From the NCBI GenBank assembly GCA_965227295.1, contig OZ245742.1, positions 5,440,001-5,504,000 of the forward strand: DNA of 64,000 bases, written 5' to 3'. The first letter of the stretch is position 1; every line of letters starts with the position of its first letter. Position numbers and translations under genes: made by a program. Source of the DNA: Leptonemataceae bacterium. Lineage in GTDB: Bacteria; Spirochaetota; Leptospiria; Leptospirales; Leptonemataceae. This document shows, one piece after another, positions 10,725 to 19,657 of this stretch. The notes below the pieces were generated by a model, which did not search any database, was not told where the DNA came from, and was given only the letters and a program-made list of their open reading frames with translations.

Positions 10725-11640
10725 TCAGTCCACACAGAAATTTCGCCGATTCATCAAAAATTCACGCACCGAGGCATCCCGGGTCAGGCCGACGGCGCGA
10801 TCGTAGGCCGCGCGGGCTTCTTCGTATCGTTCGCAGCGGCGCAGGAGATCGGCCCGCACGGCCCAGGCGGCCTGGTACTGGCGCGCCCATTTTTCGGGAA
10901 CCTCGTCGAGCAGGCCCAGGGCGTAGCCGGGGCCGCGCAGTTCCGCCATCGCTGCCGCCCTTCCGACCAACGCGCCCACCGTCGGCGCGAATCGAATCAG
11001 TCCCTCATATAGCTGCGCGACGAGCGCCCAGTCCGTCCGCCCCGTGAGGCGACGCGCGGCGTGCACGGACTGGATGGCGGCTTCGAGCTGAAAACGTCCC
11101 GGCTGAGCGGCTCCCGTAACACCGGCCCGCCGGAGCAGGGCCTCGGCTTCCTCGATGCAATCGCCGCGCCACTGCCGCGGGTCCTGATCCCGGAGCGGGA
11201 CATAGGTGTCGCCGCCTTCCCGGCGGGCGTCCCGGCGCGCCTCGCAGTGCAGCAGGAGCGCCAGGAGCCCCAGGAGCCCCAGGGCCTCGGGTTCTTCCGG
11301 CAGGCGTTCGGCGACCAACCGTGCCAGGTACACGGCTTCGCCCGCTAACTTTGATTTACTGACATCTACGCTTGCGGCGTGCGTATGCCGGCATCGATAG
11401 ACGGGTGGGCGCAAACGAACATCAGGTTCAGGCGCTCGTCCGGGAAGACGGCATCGTCGGGCGCCGCGGCGGCGGTTTCGGCGGCGGGAAGGTCCTGCGC
11501 CAGACGCTCCATTTCACCGGACGCCTCCTCGCGATACGCGCCGCGACGCAGGCCGCCCACTAACTTTCGTCGTGCTACGGTTAGCAGCCAGGCCTCCGCC
11601 TGCTCCGGAACGCCGACGACAGGCCAGCGCTCGAGAGCAA
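10725..11640 (-). pseudogene. ECF sigma-70 factor with DUF6596/TPR tail (ECF42-like); N-terminally truncated and internally deleted
   Basis: Fragment 1 ALERWPVVGVPEQAEAWLLTVARR...DERLNLMFVCAHPSIDAGIRTP ends in a stop at 11366. Fragment 2 EAVYLAR...PEALGLL...PGRFQLEAAIQSVH...TDWALVAQLY is in another frame. Sigma region 4 is missing. Confidence 0.8.
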
Positions 11641-11714
11641 AGGAGGCGATTTGGACATCCGGAGAATAAAATCGCGTTCGAAACCGAAAAAAATCCGGCC
11701 CATCTTACAAATAC

Positions 11715-11739
11715 AAAAAGCCCGGTCGTTCGACCGGGC
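11715..11739 (-). terminator. Rho-independent terminator after the DUF962 gene
   Basis: Minus strand GCCCGGTC-GAAC-GACCGGGC followed by TTTTT. Confidence 0.75.
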
Positions 11740-11804
11740 CGTGCGGATCGCAATGAGCGGCGATGTTTTCCGTGAATGTAAGGCGAATCTTACAGCGCAA
11801 TGAC

Positions 11805-12347
11805 TCAGGCGTGAGCAGTTTCGAAGGTTTTGTATTTGCCCTGCTCTTTGAGGATCGACTTCACCTCTTCTTCGAGATGATTGCGGAAGCCCAGCATAAA
11901 GAAGACGTCCGCGACCACGAACATCGGAGCTGAGACCAACGCCTGGAACAGGTTGTCGAACAACGCCGGGCGTGATTTTTCGAAGGCGAAGTGACCGTAG
12001 AACTGGGTGCCCCAGCCGGTCAATTGGGCGATGACGAAGATGCTCCAGCCTACCGTCGCGCCGAAAAACGAAACGTAGTGGGCCGCGGCGAGCAGGCCGC
12101 CGAAGACGACGGTGGACGCCAGGGCGAAAACGAAGTCCAGCGTGAAGTAGTACAGCAACACGGCGGCGGTAAAGACCATGGCGGCCGTGATGTCGAACGG
12201 GATACCCGGCACGCTGAAGCTCAGCCAGCTCAGTACGACGAGCAGCGAAAACGAAATCATGGGCACGCCGACGACGTGGATCATGACGTTGCGGTGCTCC
12301 TGATGGTATGCGGAATAAAAGGCCATTTGTTGTGCGAATCGGCTCAT
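11805..12347 (-). CDS. DUF962 / Mpo1-like membrane protein
   Basis: YSAYHQEHRNVMIHVVGVPMI and GWGTQFYGHFAFEKSRPALFDNLFQALVSAP; AGGAGG RBS. Confidence 0.9.
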   Translation of the reverse strand: MSRFAQQMAFYSAYHQEHRNVMIHVVGVPMISFSLLVVLSWLSFSVPGIPFDITAAMVFTAAVLLYYFTLDFVFALASTVVFGGLLAAAHYVSFFGATVGWSIFVIAQLTGWGTQFYGHFAFEKSRPALFDNLFQALVSAPMFVVADVFFMLGFRNHLEEEVKSILKEQGKYKTFETAHA

Positions 12348-12470
12348 GGGGTTCCTCCTGTATGCTGAGAATGTACCACAGGTTGCGCGCGGCTGCTTGA
12401 AAGATTCTGCCGGACGGAAAAAAATCGCGAGCGTGGTGCGGTGCACCGGGGCAGTGCGGAAGAATTCTTC

Positions 12471-12585
12471 GCGCCAGGGATACGCAGGATGCCGACGCAG
12501 TCGGCAGTCCGGAGCGCAAAGCGCGCAGGACCGAAGCGATAGCGGAGTCCGGAGTAGCCCGGTCGCCGCGCAGCGGCGAGGCGCC
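12471..12585 (-). repeat. Structured intergenic repeat, family A, copy 1
   Basis: Reverse complement reads GGCGCCTCGCCGC...GCGGCGACCGGGCT...CTCCGCTATCGCTTCGGTCC...ATCCCTGGCGC, matching the copies at 12662 and 26484. Confidence 0.85.
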
Positions 12586-12661
12586 AAAAAATGTATTTTG
12601 AACCCCTGTATTTTCAGTCAAGATTCAAAATGCTAGCTTATGATCAGATAAGATTAGTTTG

Positions 12662-12775
12662 GGCGTTCCCCTCGCTGCGCTCGGGTCGCGCTTTCCGGGG
12701 CTCCGCTTCGCTGCGGTCTCAGCCGCTTCACGTCTGAGACTGGCCCTTCGGGCCACCCCTCCAATCGCTAACGCG
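12662..12775 (+). repeat. Structured intergenic repeat, family A, copy 2
   Basis: GGCGTT...GGTCGCGCTTTCCGGGGCTCCGCTTCGCTGCGGTC...CCCCTCCAATCGCTAACGCG. Confidence 0.85.
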
Positions 12776-12799
12776 AAGAGACCGCCCACAGACATCGCC

Positions 12800-13399
12800 T
12801 CAGGAGAAGCCAATATCACTCATTGTTTCCCACCCTGACGTGCGTACATCCGGCACATATGCTATATACGGAAAAAGATTTATAGTTTGGAAATTGTGAA
12901 TCCAGCAATAAAGGAAAACGGGCTTCGTCGTGCCTCCGTTGTAAAGATCGTGAAGCCACGCCGGATACGGATGCTGCTCATGAAGAGGTTGCCCCGTAAT
13001 CTCTCCGGCAATGCTGTAAACACTCAAAAAGAGCCCCGCGAGACCCCGAACAATGGCGCCGGGATTCCAGACCATAGTGAAGGGTTTCGGAAGCAAAACT
13101 CCAATTGCTTCCGATCTTATCTTAGTGCGCACGCCAGATGATATGTCTCCCAGGTGCTTATCATATAGACTTAGATCGCTATTGCACTTCCGACAAATTG
13201 ATCTGAATTTCAGACCATTGCGTGTGGTCAGGATTCTTTGCCGAGGATCTACAGACAGCAGGTCATACACATCATATCTACCGATATTGGAGCAGATCCT
13301 CGGAGGCACATGATCCCAACTTAAGTGTGCTTTTTGACTGCAAAGTCTACAAACGCCGCTCTTGGGCCAACTAAATCGATCAAAAAATAAATTCCCCAT
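12800..13399 (-). CDS. HNH-like zinc-finger endonuclease (low GC, possibly C-terminally truncated)
   Basis: CRLC...WDHVPP...ICRKCN motif arrangement; visibly AT-richer than its neighbours. Confidence 0.65.
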   Translation of the reverse strand: MGNLFFDRFSWPKSGVCRLCSQKAHLSWDHVPPRICSNIGRYDVYDLLSVDPRQRILTTRNGLKFRSICRKCNSDLSLYDKHLGDISSGVRTKIRSEAIGVLLPKPFTMVWNPGAIVRGLAGLFLSVYSIAGEITGQPLHEQHPYPAWLHDLYNGGTTKPVFLYCWIHNFQTINLFPYIAYVPDVRTSGWETMSDIGFS

Positions 13400-13435
13400 C
13401 CTTAACCCCGCCTTCCAGAGATTATGACACAGATC

Positions 13436-14653
13436 CTACTCCTCGAACAAGTCCGGCGTCGTCCCGTTCGCCGCGAGCACTTCGTCGATGAACGCCTTCA
13501 CGCTCATCAGTTCACCGCGGTCTTCCTTCTTACAGAAACTGTGATACTCGGCGGGGATCACCGGCACGACCTGTGCGGCGCGCATTTCCCGGAGCTGCGC
13601 GCTGGTGATGCCCTGCTGCAACGTGCACAGATGTTTCACCGGAATGCGATTCGCCTCGTTGAGAACCTGGCGCCAGCGATCCTTGCACGTGGTCTTCGCG
13701 CCCAGGAAATAAAGATTATCTGAACTAAAGTTAGCGTCCCGATACTCCATCGAGCCGGGAAAGATGAAGTCCGGCTTCTTGCCGTCTTCGGTGGCCTCCC
13801 CGAAGGCGTGGGGAATGCGCAACCGCGCGAACAAAAAACGCAGATGATTTTCCAGGGCCAGGCCCGCCCGGGACTTGCGGCGATTGTTGATTTCGAGGGA
13901 GATCGACAACAGCGATTCCAGATCGTCGAAGGGGCGTTCGAGCAGCGGTTCGTAAATCTTGCGCTCGATGCTGCGAAAGAGCGCGTATTCGATGTCGATG
14001 AGCCGCAGCAACGCCGCGTCGGGATTCGCCAGGCTCTGCGCATCGGCGCCGTGTAATTTTTGAAAGATGCGCTGGGCCCGCCGGGAGATGTCGTTGGTAT
14101 CCGGAAAGACCTCGCCGATTTCGCGCAGGTACTCTTCGCATTCGGGACGCAGGCGCTCTTCCAGATCGAAGCGCAACGTGCGCCCGCATTCCGCCGGAGT
14201 TACGCCGAGAAAGTTCAACACCGCCTCGATGTCCTCGTCACGATCCAGCACCCGCGCCTGGATATAGCCGCCGCTGTTGTCCTTCGGCGGAGCCATCAGC
14301 AAGAACAACGCGCCGAGGTACCGCTCTTCCTGGCCGTGAAAGTAATCGCGCACGCGCGTGAGCCGGTACTCGCTGCGCGATTCCTGGCCGTACCAGTGAA
14401 AGACGGACATGGTCCGCCGGCTGTCCCCCCACTCGATCGTCGTCGGATCGCTGGAGTAGTTCTCGCCGTCTTTGCCCGGCTCGCTCAAGAAAAACGGCCA
14501 GCAATCTTTTGTCAGATAAATGCCCGCCTGGTTCGCACCGGTGAGCCCGAGATCGTTGGCGGAGAGAAACTTTACGTAAGTGTGTTTCGCCGCGGAAATC
14601 GTACGCAGGACGTCCTGAATATCCACGGGGCTGTCGATGAGGAGGATCTGCAC
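13436..14653 (-). CDS. EcoRII-like type II restriction endonuclease
   Basis: N-terminal KFLSANDLGLTGANQAGIY (EcoRII-N-like effector domain); C-terminal NRRKSRAGLALENHL, KPDFIFPG, GAKTTCKDRWRQVLNEANRI. Start uncertain (open frame extends to 14704). Confidence 0.88.
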   Translation of the reverse strand: MQILLIDSPVDIQDVLRTISAAKHTYVKFLSANDLGLTGANQAGIYLTKDCWPFFLSEPGKDGENYSSDPTTIEWGDSRRTMSVFHWYGQESRSEYRLTRVRDYFHGQEERYLGALFLLMAPPKDNSGGYIQARVLDRDEDIEAVLNFLGVTPAECGRTLRFDLEERLRPECEEYLREIGEVFPDTNDISRRAQRIFQKLHGADAQSLANPDAALLRLIDIEYALFRSIERKIYEPLLERPFDDLESLLSISLEINNRRKSRAGLALENHLRFLFARLRIPHAFGEATEDGKKPDFIFPGSMEYRDANFSSDNLYFLGAKTTCKDRWRQVLNEANRIPVKHLCTLQQGITSAQLREMRAAQVVPVIPAEYHSFCKKEDRGELMSVKAFIDEVLAANGTTPDLFEE

Positions 14654-14767
14654 GGGACGATTCTTTTCACACCGGGGCTCCGGGGCACTGAGTTTTTTGC
14701 GCAACGATCGCAGAGTTTCGGACCATATGTCATTGACTCGTTAGCACCGTTCCGGCAGGATTTGATC

Positions 14768-15364
14768 ATGCAGGTCTATAGCTACATGCGCACCGCCGAC
14801 GCAAGGCCGCAACATGACGGCCTGCGGATGACCGCTCAGGAATACCTCCACCTACCGGACGACGGCTTCGGGTACGAATTGATCCGGGGGCTACTGGGAG
14901 TGAGTCCGAGCCAGTTTTTTCCACAGGGCAATAGTGCCGCACAGTTCGCGCGATTTCTTTTGAACTTTCTGGACGAGCATCCCATCGGCCAGGTCACACA
15001 GGAAGTGGACATCCACTTTGACGACGCCAACGTCCTGCGGCCGGACGTCTGTTACGTCGGCAACGATCAGCGGCAAATTATCAAAGGACACATCTACGGT
15101 GTGCCGCATCTCGTATGCGAAGTGCTCTCGGACGGCACGAAACGTCGGGACCTCGGGAGCAAGTCCGAGATCTATCTGCAATTCGGCGTGCGCGAGTACT
15201 GGATCGTCGATCCCATGGAACGTTTCGTCGAGAAGCGAAGTCATGTGCCGGCGAAGGATGATGCGCCGGCGCGGTGGGAGATCGTGCGCGGCGACGAAAT
15301 CGAGAGCGCGGTGCTGCCTGGATTGGTGATCGTCGGTGCGAAACTGTTTCCCGCACAGGACTGA
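14768..15364 (+). CDS. Uma2-family PD-(D/E)xK endonuclease
   Basis: MTAQEYLHLPDDGFGYELIRG, LRPDVCYV, PHLVCEVLS, KSEIYLQFGVREYWIVDP. Confidence 0.92.
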   Translation: MQVYSYMRTADARPQHDGLRMTAQEYLHLPDDGFGYELIRGLLGVSPSQFFPQGNSAAQFARFLLNFLDEHPIGQVTQEVDIHFDDANVLRPDVCYVGNDQRQIIKGHIYGVPHLVCEVLSDGTKRRDLGSKSEIYLQFGVREYWIVDPMERFVEKRSHVPAKDDAPARWEIVRGDEIESAVLPGLVIVGAKLFPAQD

Positions 15365-15373
15365 GTGCATTTA

Positions 15374-15970
15374 ATGCCGGACGTGAGCGATTTCGAAAAA
15401 CTCCGCTCCGCCATGGAAGCTTATGCGCCGCTCTCGTCGCGGACCCGGGAAAGCCTGTTCTCCTTCTGCATCTCGAAAGATGTACGGACGAAGGAGCATC
15501 TCGTCACCGTGGGCAGCATTCCTAACAGTCTATACTTCGTAGTACGCGGTCTCTTTCGAATCTACACCACCGGCGAAAACGGTAAGGAGTTTAACAAAAA
15601 CTTCTTTGCCGAAAATATGTTCCCGGGTTCCATCGTGGCGCTCTTGCGAGGCGAACCGTCCGACTTCGGCATCCAGGCCCTGGAGCACTCCCGGATCATC
15701 GTCATCAACTTTGCCGCGTACCGAAAACTCCTGCAATCCAGTGATGATCTCAAGTGGTGGCACATTCAATATCTGGAAAAAAACTGGATCATCGAGCGCG
15801 AGGCGCAGGAGGTTTCTCTGGTTCTCAACTCCGCGTCGGAACGCTACCGGAACTTCCGCGAAAAACATCCCGGCCTGGTCGACCGCATTCCGCTGCATCA
15901 CATCGCGTCGCGTCTGGGAATTACTCCGACTCAGCTCAGCCGGTTGCGGCGCGGCGCGACCGAAAAATAA
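15374..15970 (+). CDS. Crp/Fnr-family transcriptional regulator
   Basis: cNMP-binding-like N-terminus (LYFVVRGLFRIY, IQALE); C-terminal ASERY...RIPLHHIASRLGITPTQLSRLR. Confidence 0.92.
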   Translation: MPDVSDFEKLRSAMEAYAPLSSRTRESLFSFCISKDVRTKEHLVTVGSIPNSLYFVVRGLFRIYTTGENGKEFNKNFFAENMFPGSIVALLRGEPSDFGIQALEHSRIIVINFAAYRKLLQSSDDLKWWHIQYLEKNWIIEREAQEVSLVLNSASERYRNFREKHPGLVDRIPLHHIASRLGITPTQLSRLRRGATEK

Positions 15971-15981
15971 TTTTCACGCTC

Positions 15982-15995
15982 TCAACCTATGTAAA
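15982..15995. promoter_or_regulatory. Putative operator for the adjacent Crp/Fnr regulator
   Basis: Imperfect dyad TCAAC-CTAT-GTAAA just after the regulator stop and upstream of the DMT gene. Confidence 0.4.
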
Positions 15996-16053
15996 GGACC
16001 GGGTGGCCGAGTTCGAGTAAGCTTCCGTTCGAATATCAAAAGACGGAGGCAAT

Positions 16054-16506
16054 ATGCACATACTCCTTATGATTCTGGTCGTACTGGCGGGTTCCGCCAT
16101 CGCGTTGCAGAGCGGCATGAGCGGGCAGTTGGGAAAACTCCTGAATCAACCGCTCTACGGAAGCCTGGTCGTCTACGCGACGAGCTTCATGTTTACGCTT
16201 CTCTTCCTGCTCATTCCCGGGCGAGGTCGCCTGCCCTGGCCGGGCGAAAACGCGGTGGCCGCGGTGCCCCTGCACCTCTGGTTCGCGGGCGGATTCCTCA
16301 GCGCCGTCGGCCTCGGCTGCGTCTACTGGATGTTGCCACGCCTGGGGGCCGCCCGGGTCATCGCCCTGGTTCTGATCGGGCAGGTAATCACCGGAATGAT
16401 CGCCGGACACTTCGGCTGGTTCGGGTTGCCGGAAAACCGCATCACCCTCGCCAGGTTCAGCGGATCACTGATGATGGCGGCGGGCGTAATATTAATCAAC
16501 CGGTGA
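16054..16506 (+). CDS. DMT-family (YdcZ-like) small transporter
   Basis: AGSAIALQSGMSGQL, WFAGGFL, PRLGAA, GQVITGMIAGHFGWFG; GGAGG RBS. Confidence 0.9.
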   Translation: MHILLMILVVLAGSAIALQSGMSGQLGKLLNQPLYGSLVVYATSFMFTLLFLLIPGRGRLPWPGENAVAAVPLHLWFAGGFLSAVGLGCVYWMLPRLGAARVIALVLIGQVITGMIAGHFGWFGLPENRITLARFSGSLMMAAGVILINR

Positions 16507-16522
16507 ACGAACATGGATTCTG

Positions 16523-17464
16523 CTACGGCGCGCCGGTTCCGAACACGGTCGAAAATCTGACACTGACGCCGTACTCCGGAGCGTCCGCGAATCCCAGGGG
16601 CACCGCCACCTGCAGGCTCACATCTTTCGCGAAATGCCAGGCGAAACCAGGGGCCGCGAAAGCCCAGGCCTCGTCGTGGTAACGTCCGAAACTCCCGCCG
16701 CCGCCGGACAGATAGGCGGCTTCAAACAGCAGGTCCCACTCTTCGGCCAGGGGATACAACAACTGCCCTCCGAATTCAAGGCCGGCCTCCTCTCCCAGAG
16801 CGAAGCCGAGCCACGGGACAATACGCAAATCCCCCGCGAAGAACGTCGCCGTCAGTCGGGGAATGAAAGCCGGACCGTCGCCGTACTGCCGCAGCGAATA
16901 CACCAAACGGCCGCCGAGGCTTAACTGTAGCTGACTATCGGTTAACGGCAAGCGCCAATCGGCGCCCAACGAAAACCGGCTCGCCGCTTCGGCCTGCCGG
17001 CAGGGCGGGCGCGCATCTGCGACCCCGCTGAAGTCCTGCAGCAGTTCTTCCAGCGCGCAGGCCGGTTCGTCGAAAAACTCCCGCGGGGGGGCCGATGCCA
17101 GGGCGTAGTCGAACTCGCCGGCGAAGAGCAAGTCGTCCGTGTAACCGTAGTTCGCGCGCAGGTACGTGGCCAGGATCGTGCGCTCTCCACCGAAGAACGA
17201 AACGGACGGCGCGAGTTCCACGGCCTCCGGCGCCGTGAAGGCATCGGGGGCGGCCTGGGGGACGAAGAACAATCCGCCGAAGCCGGCCGGGCGCCCCGGG
17301 GACGACTGCGAATCCTCTCCGAAGAGATCGTCGCCGTCGTCCGGTTCACTCTCCGTGAAGTAATCGTCCTGATTGCCGTCGTCGAAGTCGCCGCCCTGAG
17401 CGTAGAGTACTCCGGCAAACATGTAGCAAAAGAAGATTAAAAATGCGAGCGGAAGTCGAATCAT
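16523..17464 (-). CDS. Exported protein, probable outer-membrane beta-barrel
   Basis: Signal peptide, acidic N-terminal stretch, alternating aromatic beta-strands ending YGVSVRFSTVF. Confidence 0.55.
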   Translation of the reverse strand: MIRLPLAFLIFFCYMFAGVLYAQGGDFDDGNQDDYFTESEPDDGDDLFGEDSQSSPGRPAGFGGLFFVPQAAPDAFTAPEAVELAPSVSFFGGERTILATYLRANYGYTDDLLFAGEFDYALASAPPREFFDEPACALEELLQDFSGVADARPPCRQAEAASRFSLGADWRLPLTDSQLQLSLGGRLVYSLRQYGDGPAFIPRLTATFFAGDLRIVPWLGFALGEEAGLEFGGQLLYPLAEEWDLLFEAAYLSGGGGSFGRYHDEAWAFAAPGFAWHFAKDVSLQVAVPLGFADAPEYGVSVRFSTVFGTGAP

Positions 17465-18430
17465 TCAATAACTGAGCGGGGCCGGAAATACGAAGTTGAT
17501 GCCGAAGATGTAACCGAACCTCTCGACGACCTCCGGCGGCGGCGGTCCGAAGTTCTGGTTCTTGAGCGTATTCACGCAGGCCTCATCCACGCGGCTCTGG
17601 CCGATGCTCTCCACGATCTTCACATCGATGACCCGGCCGTCGGGATCGAGGAGAAACTGTACGCGGACGATCTGGGGTTTCACCTGTTCGTTGACCACGA
17701 CGCCGTAGGGATCGCGGTAGGCCCAGTTCCCGAGCAACGGAAAACCTTCCCGGATCTGGCGGATCATGCGACGAAAGTACGGGGCGCCGACGAGCTCTTC
17801 GCGAGCGATCGAAAACATTTCGCGCCCGTCGTAACGCAGCGCGAAGTCCTGCTGAAAACGATAGTTCGCCGGAATGCGCGTGAGGCGGCCGGTGCCCTTC
17901 TGGCCGCTGTTGCCTGGATTGTTCGAAGCCGTGCTCTTGCGTTCCGGATCGGGGCGCGCCTCGTTTTGCGGATCGATGTTGTCGCCCTCGCCGGTGGGAC
18001 GGCGGCGTTGATCCTGACTGCGTTCCTCTTGTTGCGGCTGCGCGGCCGGCACCGCGGGACTGCCGCCGAGTTCCATGGTGTCGTCGGCGGTGAGCGTGTG
18101 AAAGCCCGGCGCGACGGTAATGGCTCCCTGACCCTCGGCACTGACGTCGGAAAGCGCGCGGATTTGATTGCTCTGTGCCTTCGGGGCGAACTCCTGTTCG
18201 ACCAGCACCGGATAGACGCGCTGCATGCGCTCGCGATTCTGCGCGACAAGCTGCGGTTCGTTTAACGTGGAAAGGATGGGCGCAATGTGACGCGCGTAGA
18301 TTTGTCCGAAGACCAGGCTGAACACCAGGAGCACGGGCACGCCGGCCGCGATGAGGCGGTGGTCGTCGTCGTTCGCTCGCGGGAGCGGCCGGTGAAAACT
18401 AAAAAGGAAGGTCTTGATCGCCGAAAGCAT
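17465..18430 (-). CDS. TonB-like energy transducer
   Basis: One TM helix, low-complexity linker, C-terminal VQFLLDPDGRVIDVKIVESIGQSRVDEAC...FGPPP; overlaps the ruvB stop. Confidence 0.75.
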   Translation of the reverse strand: MLSAIKTFLFSFHRPLPRANDDDHRLIAAGVPVLLVFSLVFGQIYARHIAPILSTLNEPQLVAQNRERMQRVYPVLVEQEFAPKAQSNQIRALSDVSAEGQGAITVAPGFHTLTADDTMELGGSPAVPAAQPQQEERSQDQRRRPTGEGDNIDPQNEARPDPERKSTASNNPGNSGQKGTGRLTRIPANYRFQQDFALRYDGREMFSIAREELVGAPYFRRMIRQIREGFPLLGNWAYRDPYGVVVNEQVKPQIVRVQFLLDPDGRVIDVKIVESIGQSRVDEACVNTLKNQNFGPPPPEVVERFGYIFGINFVFPAPLSY

Positions 18431-19496
18431 GTTTGCGATGAGCGCGGTCCGCGTCGGTGGGAAGTGCAATGCCGAGATGCCGGTAAGCGAGATCCGTGGC
18501 GACGCGGCCCTGCGGCGTTTTTTCCAGTAAAGCGACACGCAGCATATACGGCTCGTGGTCTTCTTCGATGGTCCGCTCTTCCTCGTCAACGAGAGCCGCG
18601 AGGGTCTTCAATCCCACCGGCCCGCCGCCGTAGCGCTCGATCATGAGACGCAGGAGCCGGCGATCCAGTTCGACCAGACCCAGGGCGTCCACGCCGAGTT
18701 TCTCCAGGCAGTCTTCGGCGAAGGCGCGGCTCACGGAAGCGGCACGACTCACGGTGACATAGTCGCGAACCCGGCGGACCAGACGATTGGCCACCCGGGG
18801 CGTCATGCGCGCGCGGCTCGCGATGGCCGTGGCCGCCTCGGCCTCCATGCCCAGCTCCAGGAGACCGGCCGAGCGACGAACGATTTCCGCCAGGCGCTCC
18901 TCGTCGTAGAACTCCAGCTTCAGCTCAATGCCGAAGCGCGTCTTGAGCGGCGACGAGAGCATGCCCGATCGTGTCGTCGCCCCGACCAGCGTAAACGGCT
19001 TCAGGTGCAACTTTACGCTCTGCGCGGTCACACCCTCCCCGATGATGAAGTCGATGTAACCATCCTCCATGGCGGGATAGAGGATTTCTTCGCAGGCGGT
19101 GCTGAGCCGATGAAGTTCGTCGATGAACAGGACGTCCCCGGCTTCGAGGATGGTCAGCAGCTTCGCCAGGTCCCGGGGTTTGCTGATGGCCGGGGCCGAG
19201 GTTGTATGGAAGGCCGAGCCCATTTCGGCGGCGATGATGGCCGCCAGGGTGGTTTTGCCCAGGCCGGGCGGGCCGGAGAAGAGGACGTGATCTAACGGCT
19301 CGCCACGGTGCTTCGCCGCCTCGATGGAGACCTGGAGCTTTTCTTTGATGGGCGCCTGGCCGACGAAATCGGCGAAACGCAGGGGCCGCAGCGCCCGATC
19401 GGCGTCCTCGACGAACTTAGCGGCGCGCTCCCGTTTCCCGGCGGTCTTCACGTCCTGCACGGGTGTTAAGTTCGACCGGGAGGCCGCGGAAGGCAA
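18399..19496 (-). CDS. ruvB: Holliday junction branch migration helicase RuvB
   Basis: LRPLRFADFVGQ, GPPGLGKTTLA, LFIDELHRL, GATTRSG, GGPVGLKTLA; exact start uncertain. Confidence 0.97.
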   Translation of the reverse strand: MPSAASRSNLTPVQDVKTAGKRERAAKFVEDADRALRPLRFADFVGQAPIKEKLQVSIEAAKHRGEPLDHVLFSGPPGLGKTTLAAIIAAEMGSAFHTTSAPAISKPRDLAKLLTILEAGDVLFIDELHRLSTACEEILYPAMEDGYIDFIIGEGVTAQSVKLHLKPFTLVGATTRSGMLSSPLKTRFGIELKLEFYDEERLAEIVRRSAGLLELGMEAEAATAIASRARMTPRVANRLVRRVRDYVTVSRAASVSRAFAEDCLEKLGVDALGLVELDRRLLRLMIERYGGGPVGLKTLAALVDEEERTIEEDHEPYMLRVALLEKTPQGRVATDLAYRHLGIALPTDADRAHRKHAFGDQDLPF

Positions 19497-19530
19497 GTAA
19501 GTTATGTCGCGGTAGGAAGCAAGATCGACT

Positions 19531-19554
19531 CCTCGGTCCCTCGGTCCTCGGAGT
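19531..19554. repeat. Family B repeat, solitary right arm
   Basis: CCTCGGTCCCTCGGTCCTCGGAGT; same as the right arms at 37512, 44409 and 62541. Confidence 0.8.
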
Positions 19555-19657
19555 GAACATTCCTAACAGATTTTTAACCGGCACAAACTGTTAATATCAC
19601 AAGTTTTGTTCGTCAGATCCGACATAGTCCTTAAGGATTACAGCCGAGGTAAAGTAC

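Noticed and set aside
11366..11414. Programmed frameshift joining the two sigma-factor fragments
   Set aside because: A large conserved segment is missing and no slippery site is evident; deletion is the simpler explanation
14060..14767. N-terminal extension of the 434-aa ORF, suggesting a large Uma2 fusion
   Set aside because: The extension is antisense to the EcoRII-like gene; Uma2 homology starts near 14768
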